Source: an uncultured delta proteobacterium
GTDB taxonomy: Bacteria > Myxococcota > Myxococcia > Myxococcales > Anaeromyxobacteraceae
NCBI GenBank assembly: GCA_963828255.1
Contig: CAWHDZ010000021.1
Location: 64,001-128,000 of the forward strand
Length of the DNA: 64,000 bases
Reading direction: 5' to 3'
The position numbers were made by a program, and so were the translations under genes. A model generated the notes under the pieces. That model saw nothing but the letters and a program-made list of their open reading frames with translations, had not been told where the DNA came from and did no database searches. Every line of letters begins with the position of its first letter. Within the stretch, counting starts at the first letter, position 1. Positions 43,409 through 54,372 of the stretch are shown here, piece after piece.

Positions 43409-44407
43409 TCATCGACGGGACCGGCCCGGGGTCCGGCGCTCCAGCGCCTGGGTGGCGTATTCCAGGTCGACCGCGAAGCCGATGGCGGGACCGGGACGGC
43501 CGAACCGGGCCAGCAGACCGTCGTAGCGGCCGCCCGAGGCGACCGCGCTGCCGGCGCCCGGCGCGTACCCGGCGAAGGTGATGCCGGTGTAGTACCCGAG
43601 CCCCCGGACCTCGCCGAGATCCACCTCGACCTCGCGCACGCCCCGCCGGCGCGCCAGGCGCAGCCCGGCTTCCAGCTCGGCGAGCGGCCCGGCCGCCCCC
43701 GGCACGCCCCTGGCCATGGATCGGGCCCGCGAGAGGGCCCCCTCGCCGTAGAGGGTGGCGAGGGAGGGCAGCACCTTGCGGGCGATGAGCGAGCCCCTGG
43801 CCCGCCCGGCCAGGCGGGAGAGCGACCCCTGGTCCTTGCGGGAGAGGGCCTCCTCGGCCTCGGCGCGTGCGGCGCCCCGGAGCCCGGCCGCATCGAGCAC
43901 CGCGCCGGCGAAGCGCGCGTGCCCCACCTCGAGCACCGCGGCGTCGAGCCCCACCCGGTCGAGCGCCTTGCGCAGGATCGCGAGCGCCTCGGCGTCGGCC
44001 GACGGTCCGCCCGCTCCCAGGAGCTCGACCCCGGCCTGGTAGACCTCGCGGGGCCTCCCGGCGCGGGCCTCGCGGGCCCGCAGCACCGGCCCGTCGTAGC
44101 AGAGCCGCGCCGGGTCGGGCAGGGCGTCGGGGCGCGCCGCGTAGAGCCTCACGATCTGCGGCGTGATGTCGGGCCGGATGGCCACCACCTCGCCCGAGCC
44201 GGGCTCGACGAACTTCAGCACCTGCGCGAGCGCCGCGGGCGAGAGCCCCCGCTCCACCACCTCGAGCCGCTCCAGCGTGGGGAGGAGCAGGCGACGGTAG
44301 CGGAAGGACGCGAAGACCTCGTGCAGCCGCGCCGACAGGTCGGCCAGGTGCGCCGAGTGGTCGGGGGTGAGATCGCGGAGGCCGAGAGGGAGCGAGAGGT
44401 CGAGCAT
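43409..44407 (-). CDS. hisZ: ATP phosphoribosyltransferase regulatory subunit
   Basis: LPLGLRD, RPDITPQI, REVYQAGVEL, YYTG, GGRYD; lies upstream of purA. Confidence 0.9.
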   Translation of the reverse strand: MLDLSLPLGLRDLTPDHSAHLADLSARLHEVFASFRYRRLLLPTLERLEVVERGLSPAALAQVLKFVEPGSGEVVAIRPDITPQIVRLYAARPDALPDPARLCYDGPVLRAREARAGRPREVYQAGVELLGAGGPSADAEALAILRKALDRVGLDAAVLEVGHARFAGAVLDAAGLRGAARAEAEEALSRKDQGSLSRLAGRARGSLIARKVLPSLATLYGEGALSRARSMARGVPGAAGPLAELEAGLRLARRRGVREVEVDLGEVRGLGYYTGITFAGYAPGAGSAVASGGRYDGLLARFGRPGPAIGFAVDLEYATQALERRTPGRSRR

Positions 44408-44417
44408 GACCCCGACT

Positions 44418-46004
44418 CTACAGCCGGATGCGCCGGACGTCGCGGACGTGCGGCAGGGCCCGGAGCGCGTCGAGCACCTCCGGCTTCGGCTCGGAGTCCA
44501 CGTTGAGGAGGGACGCGGCCTCGGCCCCGGCGACGTCGCGGGAGAGCGAGATGCCGGCGATGTTCACGCCCGCCTTGCCCAGCGCGGTCCCCACGTTCCC
44601 GACCACGCCCGGGGAGTCGTCGTTCACGCAGAGGATGATGTGACCCTCCGGGACGGCCTCGAGGTGGAACTGGTTCACCCGGACGATGCGGGCGTCGCGG
44701 TGCCCGAAGACCGTCCCCGCCACCGCCGCCTCCCCGCCCGCCCCGCCCACGGACACCGTCACCAGGCTGGCGTAGTCCTGGGACCCTGCCGCGCGCTCCT
44801 CCAGCACCGCGATCCCCCGATCGCGGGCGATGCCCGGCGCGCTCACCTCGTTCACCGGCGCGGTCTCCACCGTGGAGAGCAGCCCCTTCAGCACGGCGGA
44901 CGTGAGGAGCCGCTGCGGGGCGTCGGCCACCTCGCCGGCGAAGGTCACCCGCACCTCGCGCACCCCGGCGGGGGCGATCTGCCCGACCAGCGAACCGAGC
45001 TTCTCGCAGAGCCTCAGGTAGGGGCCGAAGCGCTCCCGGGCCTCCTTCGACATCGAGGGGACGTTGACGGCGTTCCGCACCTCGCCCCGCGTCAGGTACG
45101 CGGCGAGCTGCTCGGCGATCCCCACCGCGACGGCGGCCTGGGCCTCCTCGGTGGAGGCGCCCAGGTGCGGGGTGCAGATGAAGCGGTCCTGGGCGAGGAG
45201 CGGGTTGTCCGGGGAGACCGGCTCCTTCTCGAACACGTCGAGGGCCGCGCCCCCGACGTGCCCCGAGGCGAGCGCGTCGGCGAGCGCCTTCTCGTCCACC
45301 AGGCCTCCGCGGGCGCAGTTGACGAGGAGGACCCCCTTCTTCATGCGGGCCAGGGTGGCGGCGTTCACGACGTTGCGGGTCTGCTCGGTGAGCGGCACGT
45401 GGAGCGAGACCACGTCGGCGCGGGCCCAGAGCTCGTCGAGGGTCACGAGCTCCACGCCGAGTTGTTCTGCGGCCTCGGCGGAGATGAAGGGGTCGTAGGC
45501 CACCACGCTCATCTTCATCGACCGGGCCCGGTCCACCACCACCGACCCGATGTTCCCGATGCCGACCACCCCCAGGGTCTTCCCCGAGAGCTCGTGCCCC
45601 TGGAAGCGCTTCTTCTCCCACTTGCCGGCCTTGATCGAGACGGTGGCCTGGGAGATGTGCCGCGAGAGCGCGAGCATCATGCCGACGGCGAGCTCGGCCA
45701 CGGTGACCGAGGACCCTCCCGGCGAGTTCATCACCACCACGCCCCGGCGGGTGGCCGCGTCCAGGTCCACGTTGTCGATCCCGACCCCGGCCCGACCCAC
45801 CACGCGCAGGCGGGAGGCCTTCTCGAGCACGCGGGCCGTCACCTTGGTGGCGCTGCGGACCGCGATGGCGTCGTAGTCGCCGATGGCCGCCTCGAGCTCC
45901 TCCGGCTTCATCCCGACCCGGACGTCCACCTCCAGGCCGGCGCGGCGCAGGACCTCGACCCCCTCGGAGGAGAGGTCGTCGGCGACGAGGACGCGGTGGG
46001 CCAT
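44418..46004 (-). CDS. serA: D-3-phosphoglycerate dehydrogenase (with ASB and ACT domains)
   Basis: RAGVGIDNVD, GIGNIG, NCARGG, TPHLGASTEEAQ, C-terminal ACT domain. Confidence 0.96.
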   Translation of the reverse strand: MAHRVLVADDLSSEGVEVLRRAGLEVDVRVGMKPEELEAAIGDYDAIAVRSATKVTARVLEKASRLRVVGRAGVGIDNVDLDAATRRGVVVMNSPGGSSVTVAELAVGMMLALSRHISQATVSIKAGKWEKKRFQGHELSGKTLGVVGIGNIGSVVVDRARSMKMSVVAYDPFISAEAAEQLGVELVTLDELWARADVVSLHVPLTEQTRNVVNAATLARMKKGVLLVNCARGGLVDEKALADALASGHVGGAALDVFEKEPVSPDNPLLAQDRFICTPHLGASTEEAQAAVAVGIAEQLAAYLTRGEVRNAVNVPSMSKEARERFGPYLRLCEKLGSLVGQIAPAGVREVRVTFAGEVADAPQRLLTSAVLKGLLSTVETAPVNEVSAPGIARDRGIAVLEERAAGSQDYASLVTVSVGGAGGEAAVAGTVFGHRDARIVRVNQFHLEAVPEGHIILCVNDDSPGVVGNVGTALGKAGVNIAGISLSRDVAGAEAASLLNVDSEPKPEVLDALRALPHVRDVRRIRL

Positions 46005-46064
46005 GTGTTCTCCGGGACGGCGGCAGCGGGTGGACTCCCCGCTTAACGGCGCTCCGGGGGTGCG

Positions 46065-46742
46065 TCAACGTGCCGGCGCTGGACTCCCGGGCGGGAGGAT
46101 CGCGCCCAGCGCCGCCGCCACCACCTGGCGCTTCATCCGTTCCAGGTCTTCCTCGCTGGGCTGGGGCGCCGTGAGCAGCCCGGTCAGCATGCCGGCCAGG
46201 TTCATGTCGAGCACGCCGAGCACGCTCGCCGCGGCCACCAGCGGCTCGAGGTCGGTGCGTAGGTCGCCCTCCCGCTGCCCGCGCTGCACCATCTCGGCGA
46301 TGAGCCGCATGGCCGTCTCGAAGGTCTGGCGGGTGCTGCCGGCGCGTACGACGTCGGGCGACCGGGGAACCTCGAGGATGAGGACCCGGACCGCGGCGGG
46401 CGCGGTGCGGAAGACGTCCATGGCGAAGCGGATCACCGAGGCGATCTGCTCGGGAGCGCTGCCCGGACCGTCGGCGATGGAGCGGATGGCGCCGAGGAAG
46501 ATCCGCCATTGCTCGTCGAAGACACTCTCGAGCAACTCGTCCTTGTTCCGGAAGTAGTGGTAGACGAGGCCGTAGGCGACGCCGGCCTCGCTGGCCACGT
46601 CGGCGATGCGGCAGCCGTGGTACCCCCGCTCGGCGAAGACCTTGAGCGCGGCGTGGAGGATGGCGCGCCTCTTCTCCGGCTCCCCCTCGACGGGAGTGGC
46701 TGGGTGCGGCGCTTCGGTGCTTTTTCGCTGGCGTGCCACCAT
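46065..46742 (-). CDS. TetR/AcrR family transcriptional regulator
   Basis: ILHAALKVFAERGY..IADVASEAGVAYGLVYHYFRNKDEL. ATG at 46742. Confidence 0.92.
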   Translation of the reverse strand: MVARQRKSTEAPHPATPVEGEPEKRRAILHAALKVFAERGYHGCRIADVASEAGVAYGLVYHYFRNKDELLESVFDEQWRIFLGAIRSIADGPGSAPEQIASVIRFAMDVFRTAPAAVRVLILEVPRSPDVVRAGSTRQTFETAMRLIAEMVQRGQREGDLRTDLEPLVAAASVLGVLDMNLAGMLTGLLTAPQPSEEDLERMKRQVVAAALGAILPPGSPAPAR

Positions 46743-46757
46743 TGACTCCCGAGTCAA
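46742..46757. promoter_or_regulatory. Palindrome TTGACTC-CC-GAGTCAA, putative TetR operator
   Basis: Perfect 7-bp inverted repeat abutting the TetR start codon. Confidence 0.6.
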
Positions 46758-46804
46758 CCGCAGGCTACGCGCCCTCCCGGGGACAGTCAAACGGCCCGTA
46801 GGGG

Positions 46805-49381
46805 CTACGGGACCAGCGTCATGCCGGTGATGGCGGAGAGGTCGAGCCCTGCCGTCACGCCGTAGTAACCGCACTGGGAGACCTGCACCCGCACCAGGCC
46901 CCGCCAGCAGTTGCAGGGCGAGTTCCAGGAGGCGGTGACGGTGTTCTGCTGCATGGAGGGGCCCACCGGGACGGGCGCGCCGCCGCTGCAGGGCGTGGCG
47001 TAGACGGTCCGCACGGAGAAGAGCGTGTCCCACTGGACGTCGAGGCCGCCGGCCACGTGGATCTTCAAGCCGGCGGTCCCCTGCCCGAAGGTCTGGAAGG
47101 GCACCGGGCGAGGGTCGAAGAGGGGGTCGAGCCCGGCCCTGAGCGTCGCCGAGGACGCCGAGGAGATCGCCAGGAAGCCCAGCGTGAGCCGGTCGCCGCG
47201 GGAATCCGCGGCGGCGAGGTCGAGGCGGATCTCGGTGAAGTGGTCCAGGAACCCCGCGTCGAGGGAGCCCCAGGTCCCGGCTGCCGGCGCCGCGCCGAAG
47301 GCGAGGAACCGGGCCAGCACGAGCCCCTGCACCGGCCCCCACTCGGCGGCTCCCCGGACGAAGGACTCGCCCAGCCGCCCGGTGGACAGGTCGAGGTCCT
47401 GCCCGACGTCGAGGTCGATCCGGGTCACGCTGGGCATGCCCTTCCCGGGGGCGACGAGCCGGTTGCGCAGCGAGATGCGCATCTGCTGGAAGCCGCCGGG
47501 CAAGGTGGCGGAGAGGGTCCGCAGCGGCAGGCAGGCGCCGGTGAGGCCGGACGGCGGAGCGAGGCAGGGAGCGCCGGGGAGGACGGGGGCTGCGTCCCGC
47601 TCGTCGTAGGCATAGGCGGGGAGCGGCGTGCCGCCGATGCCGGTGGATCCCCGCCACTCGACGCGCGGCTCGATGACGTGACGGAGGGTGTCGGGGCCGG
47701 CGCCGAAGGTGCGGGAGATGGAGGTTCCCAGGATGGCCCCGCCGCTCACCCACCCGCTCGCCAGGGCGGGCTGTGCGTCGGCGCCGAAGAGGTAGGCCGC
47801 GCCGTTCCCGGCCACCCACGGCTCGAGCAGGGCGACGCCCCCGAGGGAAAGGGGGGCGCGGAGCTCGGCGCGGGTCCAGGCCCGTGAGGCCGAGAGGCGC
47901 TGCCCGGCGACCCATGTGTCGCCCGGCGGCGGCGCCGGCCCCAGCCAGCCGCGCTGGCCGGGGCCGATCCCGTTCACGCTCTGGTCGGTGATCCCGGAGA
48001 GGGGCGCGAAGCGGGCGATCCCTGCCTGGGCCGAGACCGCGAGCGGCCCCGCCACCTGGACCGGCAGCAGCGTCGCCGAGACGGCGGGGAGCCGGTGGAA
48101 GGAGGGCACGCTCCCGCCCAGGAAGCCGAAGGGGACGAGCGGGATCACCGGCTGGCCGGGAGGGCTCGCCTGGCCCAGGGTCCCGATCTGCTCGACGTAG
48201 GTCAGGTCCCCCTCGAGCAGCAGGTGGGGGAATGCGTACCCGGCCGCCAGCGAAGACCGGTAGTAGGGGGCGTCGCGCTGGAGGATGTCGCCCACGAAGT
48301 CCTGGGACCAGGCCGGGTCGCCGACCAGGAAGGCCTCGGCGTTCACGAAGCTCCCCGGGGACGGACGCGCCTGGCTGCGCAGCGCGATCCCGGAGCGGAC
48401 CCCGCTCTCCGGCTTCCAGCGATACGCCAGGGTGTCGTGCTGGAGGAGGAGCTTCGCCTCGCCCTTCACTCCGGGCAAAGGGGCCCAGCGGTACTCGATC
48501 GCGCCGCCCGCACCGCGCACCCCCGGGTTCTGCCCCTCGGCGATCCGGGAGTCCACCGTGGACCGGGACGGGCCGAAGGCGTAACCGGCGGTGAAGGTGA
48601 GGTCGTGGCTCTCCCCCAGGGTCAGGAAGAAGGGCTGGGCCAGCCACCAGCCGGTGCGCGAGCCGACGTCCACCGTGGGAAAGAGGAAGCCGGTCTGCCG
48701 CCCGGAGAGCGGCACCTGCAGCCACGGGAGCGGCAGGACCGGGATGGGCTCGTCGATGAAGAGGAAGCGCGGGGTGACGTAGACGATCGGCCAGGTCAGG
48801 GTGGCGGTCTTCCCGGGCTCGATCTCGGCGCGCGCGGCCCGGATCTCCCAGGAGGGCGCCCCGCCGCAGCAGTCGCAGAGCGTGAGCCGGACCCCCTCCA
48901 CCGAGAGGCGGGAGGGCGCGTCGCCGCCGGGAACCGCTCCCTCGGCCCGGTCGGCCCGCACCGAGAGGCGATTCCGGCCGTCCGTCCCGGCCTCGGCGAT
49001 GGTGTCGTGGCGGGAGAGGTCGAGCGGCGTGTCCTTGTAGAAGGCCAGGACGCCGCGGGCCTCCCAGGCGCCGTCCAGGACCGCGTGGATTCCCTCGGCC
49101 GCGACCACCCTCCCCGGCCCGGTGAGGAGCACGTCGCCGGTGGCGTCCACCTCGCCGGTGCGCGGGTCGTAGCTGGCGGTCCGGGCGCGCAGCAGGACCG
49201 CCCCGCGGCGGAGCCGGACGCCGCCCTCGAGGAGGAATCGCTCGCGGGCCGCGTCGTAGGTGACGAGGTCGGCCTCGACCTCCACCGGTCCGCCCGGACC
49301 GGGGAGCGAGGCCGTGGCGCTCCGGGCCGCGCCCGGGAGGAGGAGCAGCAGCCCGGCGAGAAGAGCGAGCGGCCGCGTCAC
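46805..49381 (-). CDS. lptD: LPS-assembly protein LptD
   Basis: Signal peptide, beta-jellyroll N-terminus (VEVEADLVTY), TLCDC..PSWEIRA, RQTGFLFP, C-terminal barrel with CNCW. Confidence 0.8.
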   Translation of the reverse strand: MTRPLALLAGLLLLLPGAARSATASLPGPGGPVEVEADLVTYDAARERFLLEGGVRLRRGAVLLRARTASYDPRTGEVDATGDVLLTGPGRVVAAEGIHAVLDGAWEARGVLAFYKDTPLDLSRHDTIAEAGTDGRNRLSVRADRAEGAVPGGDAPSRLSVEGVRLTLCDCCGGAPSWEIRAARAEIEPGKTATLTWPIVYVTPRFLFIDEPIPVLPLPWLQVPLSGRQTGFLFPTVDVGSRTGWWLAQPFFLTLGESHDLTFTAGYAFGPSRSTVDSRIAEGQNPGVRGAGGAIEYRWAPLPGVKGEAKLLLQHDTLAYRWKPESGVRSGIALRSQARPSPGSFVNAEAFLVGDPAWSQDFVGDILQRDAPYYRSSLAAGYAFPHLLLEGDLTYVEQIGTLGQASPPGQPVIPLVPFGFLGGSVPSFHRLPAVSATLLPVQVAGPLAVSAQAGIARFAPLSGITDQSVNGIGPGQRGWLGPAPPPGDTWVAGQRLSASRAWTRAELRAPLSLGGVALLEPWVAGNGAAYLFGADAQPALASGWVSGGAILGTSISRTFGAGPDTLRHVIEPRVEWRGSTGIGGTPLPAYAYDERDAAPVLPGAPCLAPPSGLTGACLPLRTLSATLPGGFQQMRISLRNRLVAPGKGMPSVTRIDLDVGQDLDLSTGRLGESFVRGAAEWGPVQGLVLARFLAFGAAPAAGTWGSLDAGFLDHFTEIRLDLAAADSRGDRLTLGFLAISSASSATLRAGLDPLFDPRPVPFQTFGQGTAGLKIHVAGGLDVQWDTLFSVRTVYATPCSGGAPVPVGPSMQQNTVTASWNSPCNCWRGLVRVQVSQCGYYGVTAGLDLSAITGMTLVP

Positions 49382-49384
49382 CCG

Positions 49385-50668
49385 CTACTTGCCCGGCTTG
49401 GCCGGGATGGCTGCCTTCGCCGGCGCCGGGGGCGTCGGGGGCGCTGCCGGCCGGTCGAAGTCGAGGGAGAGCGTCGTCCCCTCGATCCGCTGCTGCCAGG
49501 CCACGCGCTCGCGGAGCCGGATCTCGAGGACGTAGCTCTTGCCCTCCCGGACCGGGGTGACCTTCGCCACCGCCGTCGGGAAGAAGGAGGTGTCGAGGGG
49601 CTTGAGGTCGTTCCGGAGCGGGACCCGCGTGTTCGGGAACTCGACCCGGACGAGCTTCTCCTGTGGCTCGGAGACGCTGAACTTCGGGGCCGAGCGGAGG
49701 CGGATGAAGACCCGGGACCCGGTCGCGGTCTGCTTGAAGCCGAGGAACTCGACCTCGTTGCGCTCGGCTGCGACGGGCGCCGGCTTGGCGGCGGGCGTCG
49801 GCTTCGTGGCGGCCGGAGCCTGTGCTGGAGCCGGCTTCGGTAGGGACGCGACGGCAGCGGCCCTGGCGGCGGCCTCCTTCGCATCGGCGGCGGCCCTGGC
49901 TTCCGCCGTGGCTCGAGCGTCGGCAGCGGCCCTGGCCTCGGCTGCGGCGCGAACCTCCGCAGCGGCCTTCGCGTCGGCGAGGACGCGCGCCTCCGCGGCC
50001 GCCCTGGCCTCGGCAGCGGCCCTGGCTTCCGCCGCGGCCTGCGCCTCCCTGGCCGCCTTGGCCTCCGCAGCAGCCTTGGCCTCCGCAGCAGCCTTGGTCT
50101 CCGCAGCGGCAGCGGTCGCCGCGACGGCAGCGGGAGCGGCCGCAGGCGCCGCAGCGGGAGGCGGCGCCGCAGGAGCGGGCGGTGGCGCCGCGGCGACCGC
50201 CGGTGCAGGCGCCGGCGCAGGCGCCGGCGGCGGCGCCGGAGGCGGAGGCGGGGGAGCCTGTGCGGCGGCGACCATGGTCCCGGCCGAGGGCAGCACGCGG
50301 AGGACGATCCGGTTTCCGGAGACCACCACGTCGGGCGGTTCCACGACACCGACGAACGTGACGGTGATGCGCGCCGTGGCGTGCGTGCCTTCACCGAAGG
50401 AGATGGCGTTCACCTCCTTCACCTGCCCGGCGCCCGGCACCTTCCTCCTCGCCCCGTCCAGCCCGGCCTCGGAGACGTCGATCACGAAGCGTGGGGGATC
50501 GACGAGCGAAAAAGTCGTGAACGACGGGGCCTTGGAGGCTCCGATGGTCACCTCGGCTACGCCGCCCTTCTCGGCGACGTCGATGGCGGTGATGCCGTTG
50601 ATGCCGGTGGCGAACGCCGCGGCAGGAACGAGGATGAGTGCAGCGGAGAGTAGCGTGGACTTGCGCAT
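49385..50668 (-). CDS. Exported double-AMIN-domain protein with Pro/Ala and AEAK-repeat linker
   Basis: Signal peptide; AMIN-like FTTFSLVDPPRFVIDV; second AMIN-like domain (VRVEFPNTRV, LDTSFF). Confidence 0.8.
   Translation of the reverse strand: MRKSTLLSAALILVPAAAFATGINGITAIDVAEKGGVAEVTIGASKAPSFTTFSLVDPPRFVIDVSEAGLDGARRKVPGAGQVKEVNAISFGEGTHATARITVTFVGVVEPPDVVVSGNRIVLRVLPSAGTMVAAAQAPPPPPPAPPPAPAPAPAPAVAAAPPPAPAAPPPAAAPAAAPAAVAATAAAAETKAAAEAKAAAEAKAAREAQAAAEARAAAEARAAAEARVLADAKAAAEVRAAAEARAAADARATAEARAAADAKEAAARAAAVASLPKPAPAQAPAATKPTPAAKPAPVAAERNEVEFLGFKQTATGSRVFIRLRSAPKFSVSEPQEKLVRVEFPNTRVPLRNDLKPLDTSFFPTAVAKVTPVREGKSYVLEIRLRERVAWQQRIEGTTLSLDFDRPAAPPTPPAPAKAAIPAKPGK
49855..50260 (-). repeat. 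Coding low-complexity repeats (AAEAKA/AAEARA, 18-nt units; PAPA/PPP)
   Basis: Tandem GCAGCCTTGGCCTCCGCA-like units and AP repeats within the AMIN protein. Confidence 0.8.
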
Positions 50669-50741
50669 GGAGCGCTCCCGTCGGGCGTTTGCGGGAAGAT
50701 AGCACGCACCCAGCAGGGACCCACAAAGGAGAAGCGGAGGC

Positions 50742-51956
50742 CTACATCTCCTCACCCGCGAGCCGCCGCCGCGCCTCGCCGACCAGGTAGAGGGATCCGG
50801 CCACGCAGACCAGCGCCCCGTCCAGGGCCGCCGTGCGCGCGCAGGCGAGCGCCTCCGGGAGCGAGACGTGGACGTCGGCATCGGCGCCGAGCGCCCGGGC
50901 CACCTGGACGTAGCTGCCGGGGTCCCGGGCCCGCGGCGAGTCGGGGGCGACAAGGTGGAGGCGGCGGACTGCCGGGGCGAGCGCCGAGATCATTCCCTCG
51001 TGGTCCTTGTCGGACAGGACCCCGAACACCAGTTCCACGGCGCGCGACGGGTGGAGCACCGGCAGCGCCGCAGCCAGCGCGGCCGCGCCGTCCGGGTTGT
51101 GCGCGCCGTCGAGCAGCACGCCGCCCACCTCTTCCATGCGCCCCGGCCAGCGCGCCGACGCGATGCCGGAGCGGATCTCCTCCTCACCCACCCGGACGCC
51201 GGCGGCGTCGAGGAGACGGAGGGCAGCCGCTGCGAGCGCCGCGTTCCCCTCCTGGTGGGCGCCGCGCAGCGCGACGGGCCCTCCCCAGGATTGGGCCGCG
51301 ACGTGGAAGGGCGCACCCCGCCGCGCCGCCTCGTCGCGCAGGGCCTCCATCGCCGACTCGGGCTGGGCCCAGGCCGCCACGGCCGGGACGCCGCGCTTGA
51401 AGATCCCGGCCTTCTCCCGCGCGATCGCGTCCACCCGGTCACCCAGGAACTGCATGTGATCGAGGCCGATGCGGGCCACCGCGGAGACCAGGGGAGTCAC
51501 CGCGCTGGTGGCGTCGAAGCGCCCCCCCAGCCCGACCTCCACCACCGCGGCGCCGACCTTCTCCCTGGCCAGGTGGAGGAGACCGACCAGGGTGGCGAAC
51601 TCGAAGTAGGTGAGCCGATCGGCCTCGCCGCCCTGCTCGTGCCACGGGCAGGCCCGCCGCACCTCCTCGATCCGGGCTGCGAGCGCCGGGTCGTCGATGG
51701 CGCGGCCGTCCACCTGGATGCGCTCGTGGAAGCGGACGAGGTGCGGAGAGGTGTAGAGCCCCACCCGGTGGCCGGCCAGCTGGAGCGCGCGGGCCGCCAT
51801 GGCGCAGGTCGAGCCCTTCCCGTTCGTCCCCGCCACGTGGAGGATGGCCAGGTCGCGGTCGGGGCGCCCGAGCGCGTCCAGGGCCCGCTCCATGCGCTCG
51901 AGGCCGAACCGAATGGCCAGCGGACGAAGCGTGTCGAGGTAGTCGTTCGGGCCCAA
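50742..51956 (-). CDS. folC: Folylpolyglutamate synthase / dihydrofolate synthase
   Basis: HVAGTNGKGST, YTSPHL, TYFE, EVGLGGRFDAT, LDGAHNPDG, GSLYLVG. Confidence 0.96.
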   Translation of the reverse strand: MGPNDYLDTLRPLAIRFGLERMERALDALGRPDRDLAILHVAGTNGKGSTCAMAARALQLAGHRVGLYTSPHLVRFHERIQVDGRAIDDPALAARIEEVRRACPWHEQGGEADRLTYFEFATLVGLLHLAREKVGAAVVEVGLGGRFDATSAVTPLVSAVARIGLDHMQFLGDRVDAIAREKAGIFKRGVPAVAAWAQPESAMEALRDEAARRGAPFHVAAQSWGGPVALRGAHQEGNAALAAAALRLLDAAGVRVGEEEIRSGIASARWPGRMEEVGGVLLDGAHNPDGAAALAAALPVLHPSRAVELVFGVLSDKDHEGMISALAPAVRRLHLVAPDSPRARDPGSYVQVARALGADADVHVSLPEALACARTAALDGALVCVAGSLYLVGEARRRLAGEEM

Positions 51957-51990
51957 TTCGCCCCGGGAAAGGCGCAGGTCGTGCCGGGCG

Positions 51991-52851
<861 letters not shown>

Positions 52852-52876
52852 GTTCACCTTTGCCGTCGCCGGATCG

Positions 52877-53641
52877 TCAGAACGCGATCTCGTCGCCGTC
52901 TTCGAGCACCGTGACTCCGCGGAGCCCGAGCTCCGCGAGCTCCGCCTCGAGCTCGGCCCGGAAGGCCGGCTTGAGGTGGTACAGATATACGGGAACGTCG
53001 TCCCGTTCCACCTTGGCCAGCTCGCCGACGAGCGCGCGGGGCGTGAGGTGCCCCGATCGATCGGCGAGTCGCTGCATCCGGCTGGGGAAGGAGAGCTCGA
53101 CGAGGATCGCCCCGAGGCCCCGGGCGCGGTTCACCTCCCGCCAGAAGGCGGTGGTGGGCCCGGTGTCGCCTGAGATGGCGAAGGCCGCTGCGCCGCGCCG
53201 CACCACGAACCCCGACGACTCGACCGGGTGGCGGACCTTCACCGCGGAGACGCCGTAGGCGCCGATCCGGAACGGGACGCCGTACGCGAACGGGGCAAGG
53301 CGCACCACGGGGCTGTGGGCGCTGGGGATGCGGGTGAAGTCCGGCCAGAGCCTCCCGTTGAAGAGGCTGCGGCGGAGGGTCTCGGTGGCGCCCGGGGAGG
53401 CGTGGACCGTGACCGGGCGGCGTCGGCGCCCCACCATGAGGTCGGCCAGCAGCGGGACGTCCTTCACGTGGTCGAGGTGGGCGTGGGTGACGAGGACGTG
53501 ATCCACGCGGTCGAGCTCGGCGAGGTCGAGGCGCGAGGTGAGCGCGCCCGCGTCGAGCGCCAGCCGCCCGTCCACCAGGAAGCAGGTGCTGCCGTGGCCG
53601 CGCAGCTCGCCCCCGGAGGCCCCCAGGACCCGGATCCTCAC
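52877..53641 (-). CDS. Class II-like cyclic nucleotide phosphodiesterase (MBL fold)
   Basis: [52 protein letters not shown]. Confidence 0.85.
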   Translation of the reverse strand: MRIRVLGASGGELRGHGSTCFLVDGRLALDAGALTSRLDLAELDRVDHVLVTHAHLDHVKDVPLLADLMVGRRRRPVTVHASPGATETLRRSLFNGRLWPDFTRIPSAHSPVVRLAPFAYGVPFRIGAYGVSAVKVRHPVESSGFVVRRGAAAFAISGDTGPTTAFWREVNRARGLGAILVELSFPSRMQRLADRSGHLTPRALVGELAKVERDDVPVYLYHLKPAFRAELEAELAELGLRGVTVLEDGDEIAF

Positions 53642-54273
53642 TGGTGCGTCCCGGGTCGGGAGTCGAGCTGCAGGAGGTCGAGGAAGTGGCGGAGCCGGTC
53701 GGGGTCGGGGACGGTCCAGGCACCCTCCGAGCCGACCAGGAGCCCGGTGCGTTCCAGGGTGCGCAGCACGTCGGCCGCCTGCTTCGCGTCCACGTCGAGC
53801 CTGCTGGCCAGATCCTCGGGCGAGAGCGCCAGGGGCGCCTCGGGGTGGCGGGACGCCTCGCCGCTGACGAAGTGGACCACCCGGGCCCGGGCGTCGCGGA
53901 GGAGCAGGTTCTCGATCTGCCGGTCGGCCTCGGCCAGCCGCCCCGCCATCTTCTTGATCATGCGCACCGCGATCTCCGAGCTGGCGCGCACCATGGTCTC
54001 GAAGGTCCGGGCGTCCACGACGAGCAGCAGGCAGTCCTCGACGCAGGTGGCGGTGGCCGAGCGCGGGGCGCCGTTCAGGATCGACATCTCCCCGAGGAAC
54101 TCGCCCTGCCCGAGCGTGGAGAGGACCTTCTCGACGGCGCCGACCCGGGCCGAGATGGAGACCTTTCCGCGGTTCACGACGTACATGTCGCCGCCCGGGT
54201 CCCCCTCGCGGAAGAGCACCGTGCCGCGCGGAAACTCGCGGCCGAAGCGCCGCATCAGATCTCCCGGGTCCAC
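53638..54273 (-). CDS. Crp/Fnr-family cyclic-nucleotide-binding protein
   Basis: [22 protein letters not shown] phosphate-binding cassette; C-terminal wHTH. Confidence 0.88.
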   Translation of the reverse strand: MDPGDLMRRFGREFPRGTVLFREGDPGGDMYVVNRGKVSISARVGAVEKVLSTLGQGEFLGEMSILNGAPRSATATCVEDCLLLVVDARTFETMVRASSEIAVRMIKKMAGRLAEADRQIENLLLRDARARVVHFVSGEASRHPEAPLALSPEDLASRLDVDAKQAADVLRTLERTGLLVGSEGAWTVPDPDRLRHFLDLLQLDSRPGTHQ

Positions 54274-54279
54274 GGACGG

Positions 54280-54309
54280 TCCTTAGCCGACGGCGCTCCG
54301 CGGTGTCAA
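54280..54309 (-). promoter_or_regulatory. sigma70-type promoter, likely leaderless, for the crp-PDE operon
   Basis: TTGACA-N18-TAAGGA, then 6 nt to GTG at 54273. Confidence 0.5.
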
Positions 54310-54372
54310 CGCGCGCGTGCCACGGCCGGTGACGCCTTGCGGCATCGCCGCGCATCCGGTAAGGGGGGGCGC

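Noticed and set aside
49855..50260. CRISPR-like or non-coding tandem repeat
   Set aside because: The repeats are in-frame, degenerate and encode an Ala-rich linker; there are no unique spacers or cas genes.
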